This document shows, one piece after another, positions 27,577 through 37,875 of a stretch of 42,550 nucleotides of DNA (the stretch's first letter is position 1; every line of letters begins with the position of its first letter). The stretch lies in sequence record DRR723986_7361, one strand, 5' to 3'. The position numbers and the translations under genes were made by a program. The notes beneath the pieces are model-generated. The model was not told the origin of the DNA. It was given only the letters and a program-made list of their open reading frames with translations, and did no database searches.

Positions 27577-28466
27577 ATTTTTATTTGTGGTAGATTCTTT
27601 TTTGCTAAACGCTTATTCATTCCCTCTATACCTTGCAAACCACCGGTATGAATAATCAATATTTTAGACTTCTCTGGAAAATAGTCCTTATCAATTAAAT
27701 CTAATACACCATAAACCATTTTTGCTGTATAAATTGGGTCTAAAGGAATATTAAACTTATCCTTAAACTCATTAATAAACGTCACTAATTCAAGGTTTAT
27801 TTTGGCATATCCTCCAAAATGATAATTGGTTATTAAATCCCAATTTTTTTGTTTTGCAAATTTACGAATATCTTCTCTTAAAAAATCACCCTTCAAAGCA
27901 GGAAATCCTAAAATTTTCTGATGGCTATATGAGGTATTTATTAAACCAGTAATAGTACCACCTGTGCCAACTGCTGTACATACATAATCATATTGAGAAT
28001 CTTTTGGATTTAAAATTTCCTCACATCCCAATATCGCAAGATCATTTGTTCCTCCTTCTGGTAACAAATAAAAATCTCCAAATTCTGTTTTTAAACTTTC
28101 AATAAAAGCCTTATTTGTTTTATTTCTATAATTCTCTCTGCTGATAAAAATCAACTTCATTCCACATGACTTTGCAAATGATAATGTTGGGTTAGACTCT
28201 ATACTTTTTTCTAATTCTTCACCTCTTATAATTCCTATGGTCTCGAATTCATTTTTTTTACCAGAAAATGCTGTTGCAGCTATGTGATTTGAATAGGCTC
28301 CACCAAAGGTTAAAAGTATCTTCTTATTAAGCTTTTTTGCCTCTAAAATATTATACTTTAATTTTCTGAATTTATTGCCAGAAATATACTTATGAATTAA
28401 ATCTTCTCGACGTATAACTAACTCAAAATCAGCATACTTAATGCGTTCATCTATTATATGTAACAT
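27573..28466 (-). CDS. PLP-dependent ACC deaminase/D-cysteine desulfhydrase family protein
   Basis: SGNKFRKL, FGGAYSNH, PEGG, GTGGT, LDPIYTAK and HTGG. ATGA overlap with the next gene. Confidence 0.9.
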   Translation of the reverse strand: MLHIIDERIKYADFELVIRREDLIHKYISGNKFRKLKYNILEAKKLNKKILLTFGGAYSNHIAATAFSGKKNEFETIGIIRGEELEKSIESNPTLSFAKSCGMKLIFISRENYRNKTNKAFIESLKTEFGDFYLLPEGGTNDLAILGCEEILNPKDSQYDYVCTAVGTGGTITGLINTSYSHQKILGFPALKGDFLREDIRKFAKQKNWDLITNYHFGGYAKINLELVTFINEFKDKFNIPLDPIYTAKMVYGVLDLIDKDYFPEKSKILIIHTGGLQGIEGMNKRLAKKNLPQIKI

Positions 28467-28667
28467 TTAGTCGATATTATAGTCTTATTTAGGTCCAAAA
28501 TGGAGAATATCATTAACTTAAATTTTTAACAGTTTCTTCAAGATTTTTTTATCTTTACTAAATTGTAATTTATTTTCGCATAAATTCTTGATCCCCTAGT
28601 CAAAAAATCTACTGTAAAAAGCATGACTTGTCATGTTTCTTAACCTCAGCTTAAAAGTAAAATTAAT

Positions 28668-31600
28668 ATGCTTAAAAAAATACTTTTATTGGCTGTTTTT
28701 ACAGTTTTTATAAATACCCAAGTCGAAGCACAATATTGTGCTGGTAATTTGCCGTCCTCAACAAATACTAGCTTCTTTATTGATGATTTTTCAACAAATG
28801 GTACGCTCCAAGACATCAGTAATTTAGGAAGTGGTTTCTCTGCCACAGGCTATGGTGATTTCACTGCTTTAACTGTATATCAGACTGCTGGAAACAACGT
28901 TAACTTTACTGTAGTAAGTGGTAATGGAAATATCAGATATAAAATTTGGGTAGATTGGAATAACGATAACGATTTTATTGATGCTGGTGAAGAAGTGTTT
29001 TTTGATAATGTCGGTGATTTAGTGACAAACACAGGAACATTTACAATACCAGGCGCACAACCCAACGGCAATTACAGAATGCGTGTAAGATCTGAGCGAA
29101 ACAATGATGCTATTGATAGTTGTGGATTCAATGACCGTACGGAAACAGAGGATTACACACTTGTTGTTGGATCACCACCAAATTGTGTTGCACCAGTAAA
29201 TCAACCAACAGCCTTAGCTTTTGGAACCATAACTGGCAACAGTATTACAGCAAGTTTTACTGCGACTACAGCAGATAGTTATTTAGTATTCGTAAATACT
29301 GTAAATGCACCACCTGCACCTTTACCTGTTGACGGGACAACATATGCAGTTGGTGATACAAGTTTAGGAGCAACTGTTGTTGACAACGATGATAATACCA
29401 CATTTACAGCTACAGGGCTAAATACCTCAACCCAGTACTGGTTTTTCATTTATGCTTTTAATGATTCAAGTTGTATTAATGGCCCTGCATATAATACCAC
29501 GGGAGCGTTGACAGGAACTGAAACAACTACTGCTACTAGTTATTGTATTCCAGCTAGTACAAGTACTGCTACTTTTATAGATTTGTTTGAGACAACTAAT
29601 GGTGTTACTAATTTTTCCAATACTACAGGTTATTCAGCTGGAGGTTATGGTGATTACACTACACAAACTGTCTCTCAAATTGCTGGGCAAGATATTGATT
29701 TCAATGCTACTACTATTGGAGGTACTGTTGGAGCTGGTATTTGGATAGATTTAAATAATGACGGGGATTTTTATGATGCTAATGAAGAGATTTTTAATTC
29801 AAATGCTTTTGTAAATAATTTTGGACTGACGTATAATGTTCCGGCCACTTTACCAGTCGGAGCATACAGAATTAGAGTTTTAGTAGATTACTTTGAAACT
29901 ACACCTGACCCATGTACTATAGAGTTAGATGATAGAGGTGAAGCAGAAGATTATACTTTAGAAGTACTCCCTTTGCCTTGTAGTGACGATCCATCTAATA
30001 TTGCAGTTTCTGCTATTACGAATACTACTGCTACAGTCAGTTGGACTGCAGCAGCAGGTTCGCCAACTGGATATGATTATTTAGTGACTACCAATAACAC
30101 ACCACCTAATTTTAATTTACCAGGCTCAGGTTTCGTTGCAAGCCCTACAACAACAGTAGACCTGTCTTTGTTAAATCAAGGCACAACCTACTACGTTTGG
30201 GTAAGAACGGTTTGTGGTGGTAGTGATGGTTCAGGTAATTGGGTTGGTCCCGTTAGTTTTGATACACTTGCCGTACCTCCAACGACAACCAATGTAACAA
30301 TTTGCACTGGTGAAGCCTCACAAGATTTGACAGCATCAGGGTCTTGCTCAGTCAATGTTAATTTAGGAGGAACAATAACTGGCGCTCTCGATACTGCTGG
30401 ACCAAGTGCACTTACACCACCTTGGTTTATAGTTAGTACTGATCCATGTCCTCCAGTATGGCGAGCTCCAGCAAAAAATTATTCAACTTTCGACTTTCAG
30501 GTTGATACAGACGGAATATATATTATCGAAGTAGACCCAGCTGTAACTTTTGATGTACTTGCATACATAGTTATCAATGACGGTAATTTTGTACCTGGTT
30601 CATGTGCGACTGGAACTTGGATTGCAGGAGATGATGATTCTGGGCCAGGTTTAGATGCAGAAATAACAGCAACACTTGTAGCTGGCCAATCATATACTTT
30701 AATAACAACAATGGCATTAGGCTCAAATATAACCGCACCATACACATATAATGTTTCAGGTCCTGGATCTATTTTTGGAGGATCAGGTGGTGTAATCGAA
30801 TGGTATGATGCAGCCGTTGGTGGCAACCTTGTTGGGACAGGAACTAATTTTGATCCAGTAGCAGCGGGTGAGATAGCCGATACTAATACGGCAGGCACCT
30901 ATAGTTTTTGGGCAGCGTGCTCTGGGAGTCCAGCAACAAGAACACAAGCAGATTTCGTTATTAATGAAACACCTACAGCATTTATTGATGGTAGAGGTTC
31001 TATATGTGATGCCTCTGTAAACCTAACTATAGATCTTACAGGATCAGCTCCTTGGACTTTTACATATACTGATGGTACTACACCTGTAACTGTAACAAAT
31101 TATGCAGGTCCGAGTCCATACAGTTTTAATGTGGTACCAAATGGGAGTGATACTTATACTGTCACAGCGTTAAGCAATGCCACTTGTACCGCTCAACCAG
31201 CCGATTTAACAGGAAGTGTATCATTTTCAGGAGATAAAACTTGGGATGGATCAACAAACACTGATTGGGCAACTGCTAGTAATTGGACCCCAGCCGGTGT
31301 ACCAACAAATGGCGATGCTATTATTATTCCAGCAACAGCGAACGACCCAATAATAAATGGTGCAACTGATGGTCTGGGCTGTAGTCTAGTTATTCAAAAT
31401 GGAGCAACTTTAACTCAACAAGCAAATTCAACTTTAACAATCACACGCGACGTTTTTGTAGACGTTGGCGGAACTTATAATATTGAAGATAGCGGTAGTT
31501 TAATACAGGTCAACAATGTTGCAAATACTGTTAATGGTACATTTACCATGGATAGAACAGCAAACATGCGATTAAATGATTACGTCTATTGGTCGTCACC

Positions 31601-32999
31601 TGTTGATGTATTTAATGTTGAAAATATTTCTCCAGGGACTCCTAATGGATTTAAATATGAATGGGTACCAACGTTATTCCAAGGCATAGGCCCTCCGGGC
31701 AACATGACTTTTGGAGAATGGCAGGCCTATAATACTGGTGTTATGGATGTTGGAAAAGGTTATATTGTTAAAGGCCCTAATGGTCATCCTGCTGCACCGT
31801 CACCGTATACAGCAACCTTTACAGGTACACCTAATAATGGTTTAATTACGCAGGCTATTGTGCGCGGCAACTACATTGGAGTCAATTACTTTTTTCAACC
31901 TATACCTGGTGGCGATAATTTATTAGTAACATTAGATGATGATAACTGGAATTTAATTGGTAATCCATATCCTTCTGCAATAAGTGCCATTGATTTTCTA
32001 ACATTACCAGCTAATAATAATATAGATGGAACAGTTTATCTATGGACACATGGTACAGATATTGGTGCAGGTAATCCAGATCCTTTTTATTATGATTTTG
32101 CACTCAATTATGATGTAGCGGATTATATAGCGTATAATGATAGTGGAACCTCAACACCGGCAGGTTTTAATGGTAATATTGGTGCTGGCCAAGGGTTTTT
32201 CGTCCTTATGACAGATACTGCGACTGCATCAGAAACTGTTACCTTTGAAAATAGTATGCGAAGTAGTGCTTACGCTAATGACCAGTTTTACAGAAATGTT
32301 AATACTTCAGATGAAAATAACAGCAACAAACATAGAATTTGGTTAGATTTTATAAGCCCTTCTGGTAAAACCAATACCACTTTAATTGCTTATGTAGAGG
32401 GAGCAACAAATGAACAAGATAGAATGTATGATGCAAAAACAACGCAGGGTAATGGATTAAATCTTTATTCTTTAATTAATGATGAGACCTATTTAATTCA
32501 AGGTCGTCAACTTCCATTCTTGGATACAGACGAAGTGCCAATTGGAATAAATGTTACCGAAGCAGGAATTCAAATGATAGGTATAAATACGCTCCAAGGA
32601 TTATTTAATGATACTGAACAAGATATTTATATTGATGATGTTGTAAACGGCATAACACATAATCTTCGAAATGCACCGTATACATTTACAAGTGAAGAAG
32701 GCATTATAAATGACAGATTTATTCTAAGATTTACTAACAATAGATTAAATATTGAAAGTTTCGACACGGCTTCTGGCATCAAAGTATTTGAAGATAGTCA
32801 AACATTAGTAGTCAAATCTTACTATCAAAATATAGCATCTATTGAAGTATATGATATTTTAGGACGAACATTATTTACAAATAAATTAGTGAATGAAGAG
32901 CAATTCACCATTAATTCATTAATCCCAAGCGATTCAGCGTTGTTTGTTAAAATCAGATTAGTTGATGGAAAAGAAAAAATTGAAAAAGTTATTTTTTAA
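28668..32999 (+). CDS. Large T9SS-secreted protein with two GEVED plus FN3 modules and a C-terminal sorting region
   Basis: WVDWNNDNDF...TETEDY and WIDLNNDGDF...GEAEDY, FN3-like segments, YWSSP/NLIGNPYPS/GQGFFV/RFILRF, and terminal VYDILGR...KVIF. Confidence 0.88.
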   Translation: MLKKILLLAVFTVFINTQVEAQYCAGNLPSSTNTSFFIDDFSTNGTLQDISNLGSGFSATGYGDFTALTVYQTAGNNVNFTVVSGNGNIRYKIWVDWNNDNDFIDAGEEVFFDNVGDLVTNTGTFTIPGAQPNGNYRMRVRSERNNDAIDSCGFNDRTETEDYTLVVGSPPNCVAPVNQPTALAFGTITGNSITASFTATTADSYLVFVNTVNAPPAPLPVDGTTYAVGDTSLGATVVDNDDNTTFTATGLNTSTQYWFFIYAFNDSSCINGPAYNTTGALTGTETTTATSYCIPASTSTATFIDLFETTNGVTNFSNTTGYSAGGYGDYTTQTVSQIAGQDIDFNATTIGGTVGAGIWIDLNNDGDFYDANEEIFNSNAFVNNFGLTYNVPATLPVGAYRIRVLVDYFETTPDPCTIELDDRGEAEDYTLEVLPLPCSDDPSNIAVSAITNTTATVSWTAAAGSPTGYDYLVTTNNTPPNFNLPGSGFVASPTTTVDLSLLNQGTTYYVWVRTVCGGSDGSGNWVGPVSFDTLAVPPTTTNVTICTGEASQDLTASGSCSVNVNLGGTITGALDTAGPSALTPPWFIVSTDPCPPVWRAPAKNYSTFDFQVDTDGIYIIEVDPAVTFDVLAYIVINDGNFVPGSCATGTWIAGDDDSGPGLDAEITATLVAGQSYTLITTMALGSNITAPYTYNVSGPGSIFGGSGGVIEWYDAAVGGNLVGTGTNFDPVAAGEIADTNTAGTYSFWAACSGSPATRTQADFVINETPTAFIDGRGSICDASVNLTIDLTGSAPWTFTYTDGTTPVTVTNYAGPSPYSFNVVPNGSDTYTVTALSNATCTAQPADLTGSVSFSGDKTWDGSTNTDWATASNWTPAGVPTNGDAIIIPATANDPIINGATDGLGCSLVIQNGATLTQQANSTLTITRDVFVDVGGTYNIEDSGSLIQVNNVANTVNGTFTMDRTANMRLNDYVYWSSPVDVFNVENISPGTPNGFKYEWVPTLFQGIGPPGNMTFGEWQAYNTGVMDVGKGYIVKGPNGHPAAPSPYTATFTGTPNNGLITQAIVRGNYIGVNYFFQPIPGGDNLLVTLDDDNWNLIGNPYPSAISAIDFLTLPANNNIDGTVYLWTHGTDIGAGNPDPFYYDFALNYDVADYIAYNDSGTSTPAGFNGNIGAGQGFFVLMTDTATASETVTFENSMRSSAYANDQFYRNVNTSDENNSNKHRIWLDFISPSGKTNTTLIAYVEGATNEQDRMYDAKTTQGNGLNLYSLINDETYLIQGRQLPFLDTDEVPIGINVTEAGIQMIGINTLQGLFNDTEQDIYIDDVVNGITHNLRNAPYTFTSEEGIINDRFILRFTNNRLNIESFDTASGIKVFEDSQTLVVKSYYQNIASIEVYDILGRTLFTNKLVNEEQFTINSLIPSDSALFVKIRLVDGKEKIEKVIF

Positions 33000-33319
33000 A
33001 TAAATCTTACAAAATTTAAGAAGGACCTTGATTTTAAATAATTAAGGTCTTTTTCATTTTCATAAGCCTCTCTTTCAAAGGAAATATTTTTATATGCAGT
33101 ACTCCAATTTTTATACTGAATTATTCTTATTATAAACTCTAAACTGTAAATAATAAAGAATGGTATAACTAATAGCTCCAGTTGTTGCCTTAAATGAATT
33201 TTTTCATGATTAACCAAAACTTTATTCCATTTTAAAGTTTCAGTTTTTAAAAACATAAAAGGAAAAAGAGTAATACCTATAAAACCCCTCGGGACTATAT
33301 ATTTTGAAATCAATATCAT
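32996..33319 (-). CDS. Small membrane protein with HExxH motif
   Basis: GITLFPF, NHEKIHLRQQLE and ISFEREAY. Its stop codon overlaps that of the convergent gene. Confidence 0.75.
   Translation of the reverse strand: MILISKYIVPRGFIGITLFPFMFLKTETLKWNKVLVNHEKIHLRQQLELLVIPFFIIYSLEFIIRIIQYKNWSTAYKNISFEREAYENEKDLNYLKSRSFLNFVRFI
33021..33054 (+). terminator. Probable terminator of the T9SS cargo gene, embedded in the convergent CDS
   Basis: AAGGACCTTGATT-ttaaat-AATTAAGGTCTTT followed by TT. The stem pairs on the + RNA using G:U. Confidence 0.55.
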
Positions 33320-33354
33320 AATTTAGTCAAATCAAAAATCAAACCAATTTACAT

Positions 33355-33362
33355 TATCTTTG
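33355..33362 (+). promoter_or_regulatory. -7 promoter element for the small ORF-hutU unit
   Basis: TATCTTTG, 6 nt upstream of ATG 33369. Confidence 0.6.
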
Positions 33363-33368
33363 TAATAG

Positions 33369-33530
33369 ATGAAGAAATATGTCCCAATAGAAGACGGAGA
33401 TTACTATTTAACACCTGAAGGCTATCGCTGTTTCACTGAACAATACCACCTAAAACGCGGTTATTGTTGCGAAAGCGGATGCAGACATTGCCCTTATGGT
33501 TTTAACAAGAATACTTTAAAAAAAAAGTAA
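33369..33530 (+). CDS. DUF5522-like Cys-rich small protein (53 aa, absent from the ORF track)
   Basis: MKKYVPIEDGDYYLTPEGYRCFTEQYHLKRGYCCESGCRHCPYGFNKNTLKKK. TAATG overlap with hutU. Confidence 0.88.
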   Translation: MKKYVPIEDGDYYLTPEGYRCFTEQYHLKRGYCCESGCRHCPYGFNKNTLKKK

Positions 33531-35539
33531 TGCAGGCAACACAATTATCATTCAGAGATCAGATATTAGAAGGTATTCCAGAAGTTCTACCTCAACCAAA
33601 AGCTTATGATGCTTCTATAAATCATGCACCAAAACGAAAAGCAATTCTTTCTGAAGAAGAGGAAAAATTAGCACTGCGAAATGCATTACGTTATTTTGAT
33701 AAAAGACATCACCAAGAATTACTTCCAGAATTTAAGCATGAACTAGATACCTATGGTCGTATTTACATGTATCGTCTTAGACCAGATTATAGAATGTATG
33801 CCAGACCTATTGATGAATATCCTGCCAAATCAAAACAAGCCGCCGCAATTATGCTCATGATTCAGAACAATTTGGATTATGCCGTTGCGCAACACCCACA
33901 TGAGTTAATCACTTATGGTGGTAATGGTGGAGTGTTCTCTAATTGGGCACAGTATAGGCTAACTATGAAGTATTTAGCCGAAATGAATGATGAGCAAACG
34001 CTTGTTATGTATTCTGGTCATCCCATGGGTTTATTTCCATCACACAAGGAAGCTCCAAGAGTTGTAGTTACAAATGGAATGATGATACCTAATTACTCAA
34101 AGCCAAATGATTGGGAAAAATTCAATGCCTTAGGAGTTACGCAATATGGACAAATGACCGCAGGTAGTTATATGTACATTGGTCCGCAAGGTATTGTACA
34201 TGGGACAACCATAACAGTGTTAAACGGATTTCGAAAAATCGGAAAAGAACCCAAAGGCAATCTATTTGTTACTTCTGGCTTAGGTGGAATGTCTGGAGCT
34301 CAACCAAAAGCAGGTAATATTGCAGGCTGCATTACAGTATGTGCAGAAGTCAATCCAAAAATCACACAAATACGTTTAGACCAAGGTTGGATAGATGTTA
34401 AAATTACAGATCTGGATGAACTCGTTAAAAGAGTTGAACAAGCTAAAGTTAAAAAGGAAACGATATCAATAGCATATTTAGGTAATATAGTAGATGTTTG
34501 GGAGAAATTTGATGAGGCAAATATTCATATAGACTTAGGAAGCGATCAAACATCGCTTCATAATCCATGGGCAGGTGGATATTATCCTGTTGATTTATCA
34601 TTTGAATCATCAAATGAAATGATGGCAAATAATCCTGAACTATTTAAGGAAGAAGTTCAAAAAAGTTTACGAAGACATGCTGACGCCATTAACAAACATA
34701 CAGCAAAAGGCACTTACTTCTTTGATTATGGAAACGCTTTCTTACTAGAAGCTTCAAGAGCTGGTGCAGATGTTATGTCTAAAAATCCAACAATTGGTCG
34801 AGAATTTAAATATCCTAGTTATGTTCAAGACATAATGGGACCAATGTGTTTTGATTTTGGTTTTGGACCTTTTCGCTGGGTTTGTGCATCTGGTAAGTCA
34901 GAAGATTTAGAAAGAACTGATGAGATTGCCTGTGATATACTTGAAGAAATCATGAAGAATTCACCAAATGAAATTCAACAGCAAATGGCTGATAATATTC
35001 AATGGATAAAGGGTGCTCAAGAAAACAAACTTGTCGTTGGCTCACAAGCTAGAATACTATATGCCGATGCTGAAGGACGTATGAAAATTGCAGAAGCTTT
35101 TAATGAAGCAATCTCAAAAGGTATCATCGGGGATGTAATTCTAGGAAGAGATCATCATGATGTTTCTGGTACAGATTCACCTTACAGAGAGACGAGTAAT
35201 ATTTATGACGGATCCCGTTTCACTGCAGATATGGCCATTCATAATGTCATTGGTGATAGTTTTAGAGGGGCAACTTGGGTTAGTATTCACAATGGTGGTG
35301 GAGTTGGTTGGGGAGAAGTAATTAATGGTGGATTCGGCATGGTTCTTGATGGTACTAAAGAAGCATCAACTAGATTAAAACGGATGTTATTTTGGGATGT
35401 TAACAATGGCATTTCTAGACGAAGTTGGGCGAGAAATGAAGGTGCTATATTTGCTATTAAACGTGCTATGGAAAAAGAACCAAACTTAAAAGTTACATTA
35501 CCAAATAGTGTTGATGATGATTTATTGAAAAACATTTAA
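33530..35539 (+). CDS. hutU: Urocanate hydratase (long form)
   Basis: YGQMTAGSYMYIGPQGIVHGT, GLGGMSGAQP, DQTSLH, GRDHHD and HNGGGVG. Confidence 0.97.
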   Translation: MQATQLSFRDQILEGIPEVLPQPKAYDASINHAPKRKAILSEEEEKLALRNALRYFDKRHHQELLPEFKHELDTYGRIYMYRLRPDYRMYARPIDEYPAKSKQAAAIMLMIQNNLDYAVAQHPHELITYGGNGGVFSNWAQYRLTMKYLAEMNDEQTLVMYSGHPMGLFPSHKEAPRVVVTNGMMIPNYSKPNDWEKFNALGVTQYGQMTAGSYMYIGPQGIVHGTTITVLNGFRKIGKEPKGNLFVTSGLGGMSGAQPKAGNIAGCITVCAEVNPKITQIRLDQGWIDVKITDLDELVKRVEQAKVKKETISIAYLGNIVDVWEKFDEANIHIDLGSDQTSLHNPWAGGYYPVDLSFESSNEMMANNPELFKEEVQKSLRRHADAINKHTAKGTYFFDYGNAFLLEASRAGADVMSKNPTIGREFKYPSYVQDIMGPMCFDFGFGPFRWVCASGKSEDLERTDEIACDILEEIMKNSPNEIQQQMADNIQWIKGAQENKLVVGSQARILYADAEGRMKIAEAFNEAISKGIIGDVILGRDHHDVSGTDSPYRETSNIYDGSRFTADMAIHNVIGDSFRGATWVSIHNGGGVGWGEVINGGFGMVLDGTKEASTRLKRMLFWDVNNGISRRSWARNEGAIFAIKRAMEKEPNLKVTLPNSVDDDLLKNI

Positions 35540-35550
35540 AAAAAAGCGAT

Positions 35551-36111
35551 ATGAAGAAACTATTTAAATTTATTCCGATTTTAGTTTTTGCCATCCTTCT
35601 ATCTTCATGTAGTTCCGTTAGAGTTGCAGCAGATTACGATAGGGAGGCGAATTTTGACCAATACAAAACCTTTGCATTTTTTAAACCAGGTATAGATAAA
35701 GCCGAAATAAGTGACTTGGACAAGAGAAGAATTCTTAGAGCTATTGAAGCTGAACTTATGGCGAAGGGCATGACCAAATCAGAAAACCCAGATATGCTCG
35801 TAAGTATTTTTACAAAATCAAATCAACGAGTCGACGTTTATAATAATGCTTGGGGCTTCGGTGGCTGGGGCTGGGGAGGTTTCAACCGTTGGGGTTGGGG
35901 CTGGGGACCTGGTTTCGGATGGGGAGGCAACAATGTTTCAACTCGAACAGAAGGCATGCTTTTCATTGATTTAATAGATGCTTCTAAAAAAGAACTTATT
36001 TGGCAAGGTTCTGGAACTGGATATCTAGTAACGAGAAATGTCGAAAAGAAAGAAGCACGTATCAAAGAGTTTGTTGCAAAGACCATGGAACAATTTCCTC
36101 CGCAGAAATAA
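35551..36111 (+). CDS. DUF4136 domain lipoprotein
   Basis: Lipobox LSSC, DYDREANFDQYKTFAF, a GW-rich insert, and EGMLFIDLIDA..KELIWQG...QFPP. Confidence 0.9.
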   Translation: MKKLFKFIPILVFAILLSSCSSVRVAADYDREANFDQYKTFAFFKPGIDKAEISDLDKRRILRAIEAELMAKGMTKSENPDMLVSIFTKSNQRVDVYNNAWGFGGWGWGGFNRWGWGWGPGFGWGGNNVSTRTEGMLFIDLIDASKKELIWQGSGTGYLVTRNVEKKEARIKEFVAKTMEQFPPQK

Positions 36112-36130
36112 TACCTTTAGACCATTATAC

Positions 36131-36162
36131 AAAAGCGCACTAGTAAAATAGTGCGTTTTTTT
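36131..36162 (+). terminator. Intrinsic terminator
   Basis: AAAAGCGCACTA-gtaaaa-TAGTGCGTTTTT followed by TT. Confidence 0.85.
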
Positions 36163-36201
36163 GTTTAGCTAATTTTGATTAGGCTATAATTCTAAATAAC
36201 A

Positions 36202-36209
36202 TATCTTTG
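36202..36209 (+). promoter_or_regulatory. -7 promoter element for the SulP gene
   Basis: TATCTTTG, 22 nt upstream of the ATG. Confidence 0.6.
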
Positions 36210-36231
36210 CCGACTTTTAAGGACAATTATT

Positions 36232-37875
36232 ATGATATTAGGTCAAACCACTAGAAAAAACTTTACACAAAACCCAAAGAATGACATTCTATCAGGATTA
36301 ACTGTTGCACTGGCATTAGTACCTGAAGCAGTTGCATTCGCCTTTGTCGCAGGTGTCGACCCTTTAGTAGGTTTATATGGTGCCTTTATGATGGGTATTG
36401 TAACCGCCTTATTTGGTGGAAGGCCTGGTATGATCTCAGGTGCAACAGGTGCTATGGCAGTTGTTATGGTTCATTTAATTAGTAAGGGTAACGAAGTAGG
36501 ACTAGCCCTAGATACTCCAATTGATAATTTGGGATTACAATGGCTATTCATTACATTACTTTTTGTTGGTGGTATTCAGATTTTAGCTGGTGTATTTAAA
36601 CTTGGAAAATTTGTAAGACTAATACCTCATCCGGTTATGATGGGGTTTGTTAATGGATTAGCTATTGTTATTTTCTTATCTCAATTAGGTCTTTTCAAAG
36701 AAACCGTAAATGGTGAAAAGGTTTTTATGTCTGGCGCACCTCTTTGGACTATGCTTGGGCTTATTGCCTTGACTATGGCAATTATGTTCGGACTACCTAA
36801 ACTAACTAAAAAAATTCCTTCAGCCTTAACAGCAATAATAGTAGTTGCAGCTATCACTATTTTAGGAAAACTCGATGTTAGTACTGTTGGATCATTTATA
36901 AAAGATGGAGGCGGGAAAGGTCTGCAAGGCAGTCTACCAACATTCCAAGATCAAATTTTTGGTTTATTTGGTACGTTACAAGGACATTGGGACATCATAT
37001 TATCAACTGCTTTTATTTTAGCTGCAGTAGGACTGATAGAATCTTTAATGACTTTAAATCTTGTGGATGAGATTACTGAAACGAGAGGTAACGGAAATAG
37101 AGAATGTATCGCACAAGGTGGCGCAAACATATTGAATGGTTTGTTTGGTGGCATGGGTGGCTGTGCCATGATTGGTCAATCTATTATTAATGTAGATTCA
37201 GGGGGAAGAGGGAGACTATCTGGTGCAATTGCAGCCGTTGCTCTACTCTGCTTTGTATTGTTTGGAGCACCACTAATAGAGCAAATACCAATTGCAGCGT
37301 TGGTTGGTGTAATGTTTATGGTAGTTATAGGAACTTTTGCATGGTCTAGTTTTAGAATAATTAGAAAGATTCCGATATCTGATGCCATTGTCTTAATTGC
37401 TGTATCTGCAATAACAGTTTGGAAAGATTTAGCAGTAGCTGTAATAGCGGGTGTTATCATCTCAGCTTTAGTATTTGCTTGGAAAAACGCAACAATGATT
37501 AGAGCACGTAAACGTATACAAGCAGATGGCACTAAAACTTATGAGATTTGGGGACCATTGTTTTTTGGTTCAATTCAAAATTTCAATTCGAAGTTTGATG
37601 TGAAAAATGATCCTAATAAAATTGAAATAGATTTTGTTGAATCTCGTGTAAGTGATCATTCTGCATTAGAAGCTATTTTCAATTTAGTAAATAAATATCA
37701 AGCAGAAGGCAAAGATATCAAACTTAAACACCTTAGTGAAGACTGTAAAGTTCTATTACGTAAAGGCAGTCCAATTTTTGAAGATATTATTGTTGAAGCA
37801 GTTGACGATCCTCGTTATTATTTAGCAGAAGATCCAGAAAAGTTCACAAAACCTCTTTCTGAATATAACATGTAG
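36232..37875 (+). CDS. SulP/SLC26 family anion transporter with STAS domain
   Basis: SGLTVALALVPEAVAF, GRPGMISGATGA, GGCAMIGQS and GPLFFGS. Confidence 0.95.
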   Translation: MILGQTTRKNFTQNPKNDILSGLTVALALVPEAVAFAFVAGVDPLVGLYGAFMMGIVTALFGGRPGMISGATGAMAVVMVHLISKGNEVGLALDTPIDNLGLQWLFITLLFVGGIQILAGVFKLGKFVRLIPHPVMMGFVNGLAIVIFLSQLGLFKETVNGEKVFMSGAPLWTMLGLIALTMAIMFGLPKLTKKIPSALTAIIVVAAITILGKLDVSTVGSFIKDGGGKGLQGSLPTFQDQIFGLFGTLQGHWDIILSTAFILAAVGLIESLMTLNLVDEITETRGNGNRECIAQGGANILNGLFGGMGGCAMIGQSIINVDSGGRGRLSGAIAAVALLCFVLFGAPLIEQIPIAALVGVMFMVVIGTFAWSSFRIIRKIPISDAIVLIAVSAITVWKDLAVAVIAGVIISALVFAWKNATMIRARKRIQADGTKTYEIWGPLFFGSIQNFNSKFDVKNDPNKIEIDFVESRVSDHSALEAIFNLVNKYQAEGKDIKLKHLSEDCKVLLRKGSPIFEDIIVEAVDDPRYYLAEDPEKFTKPLSEYNM

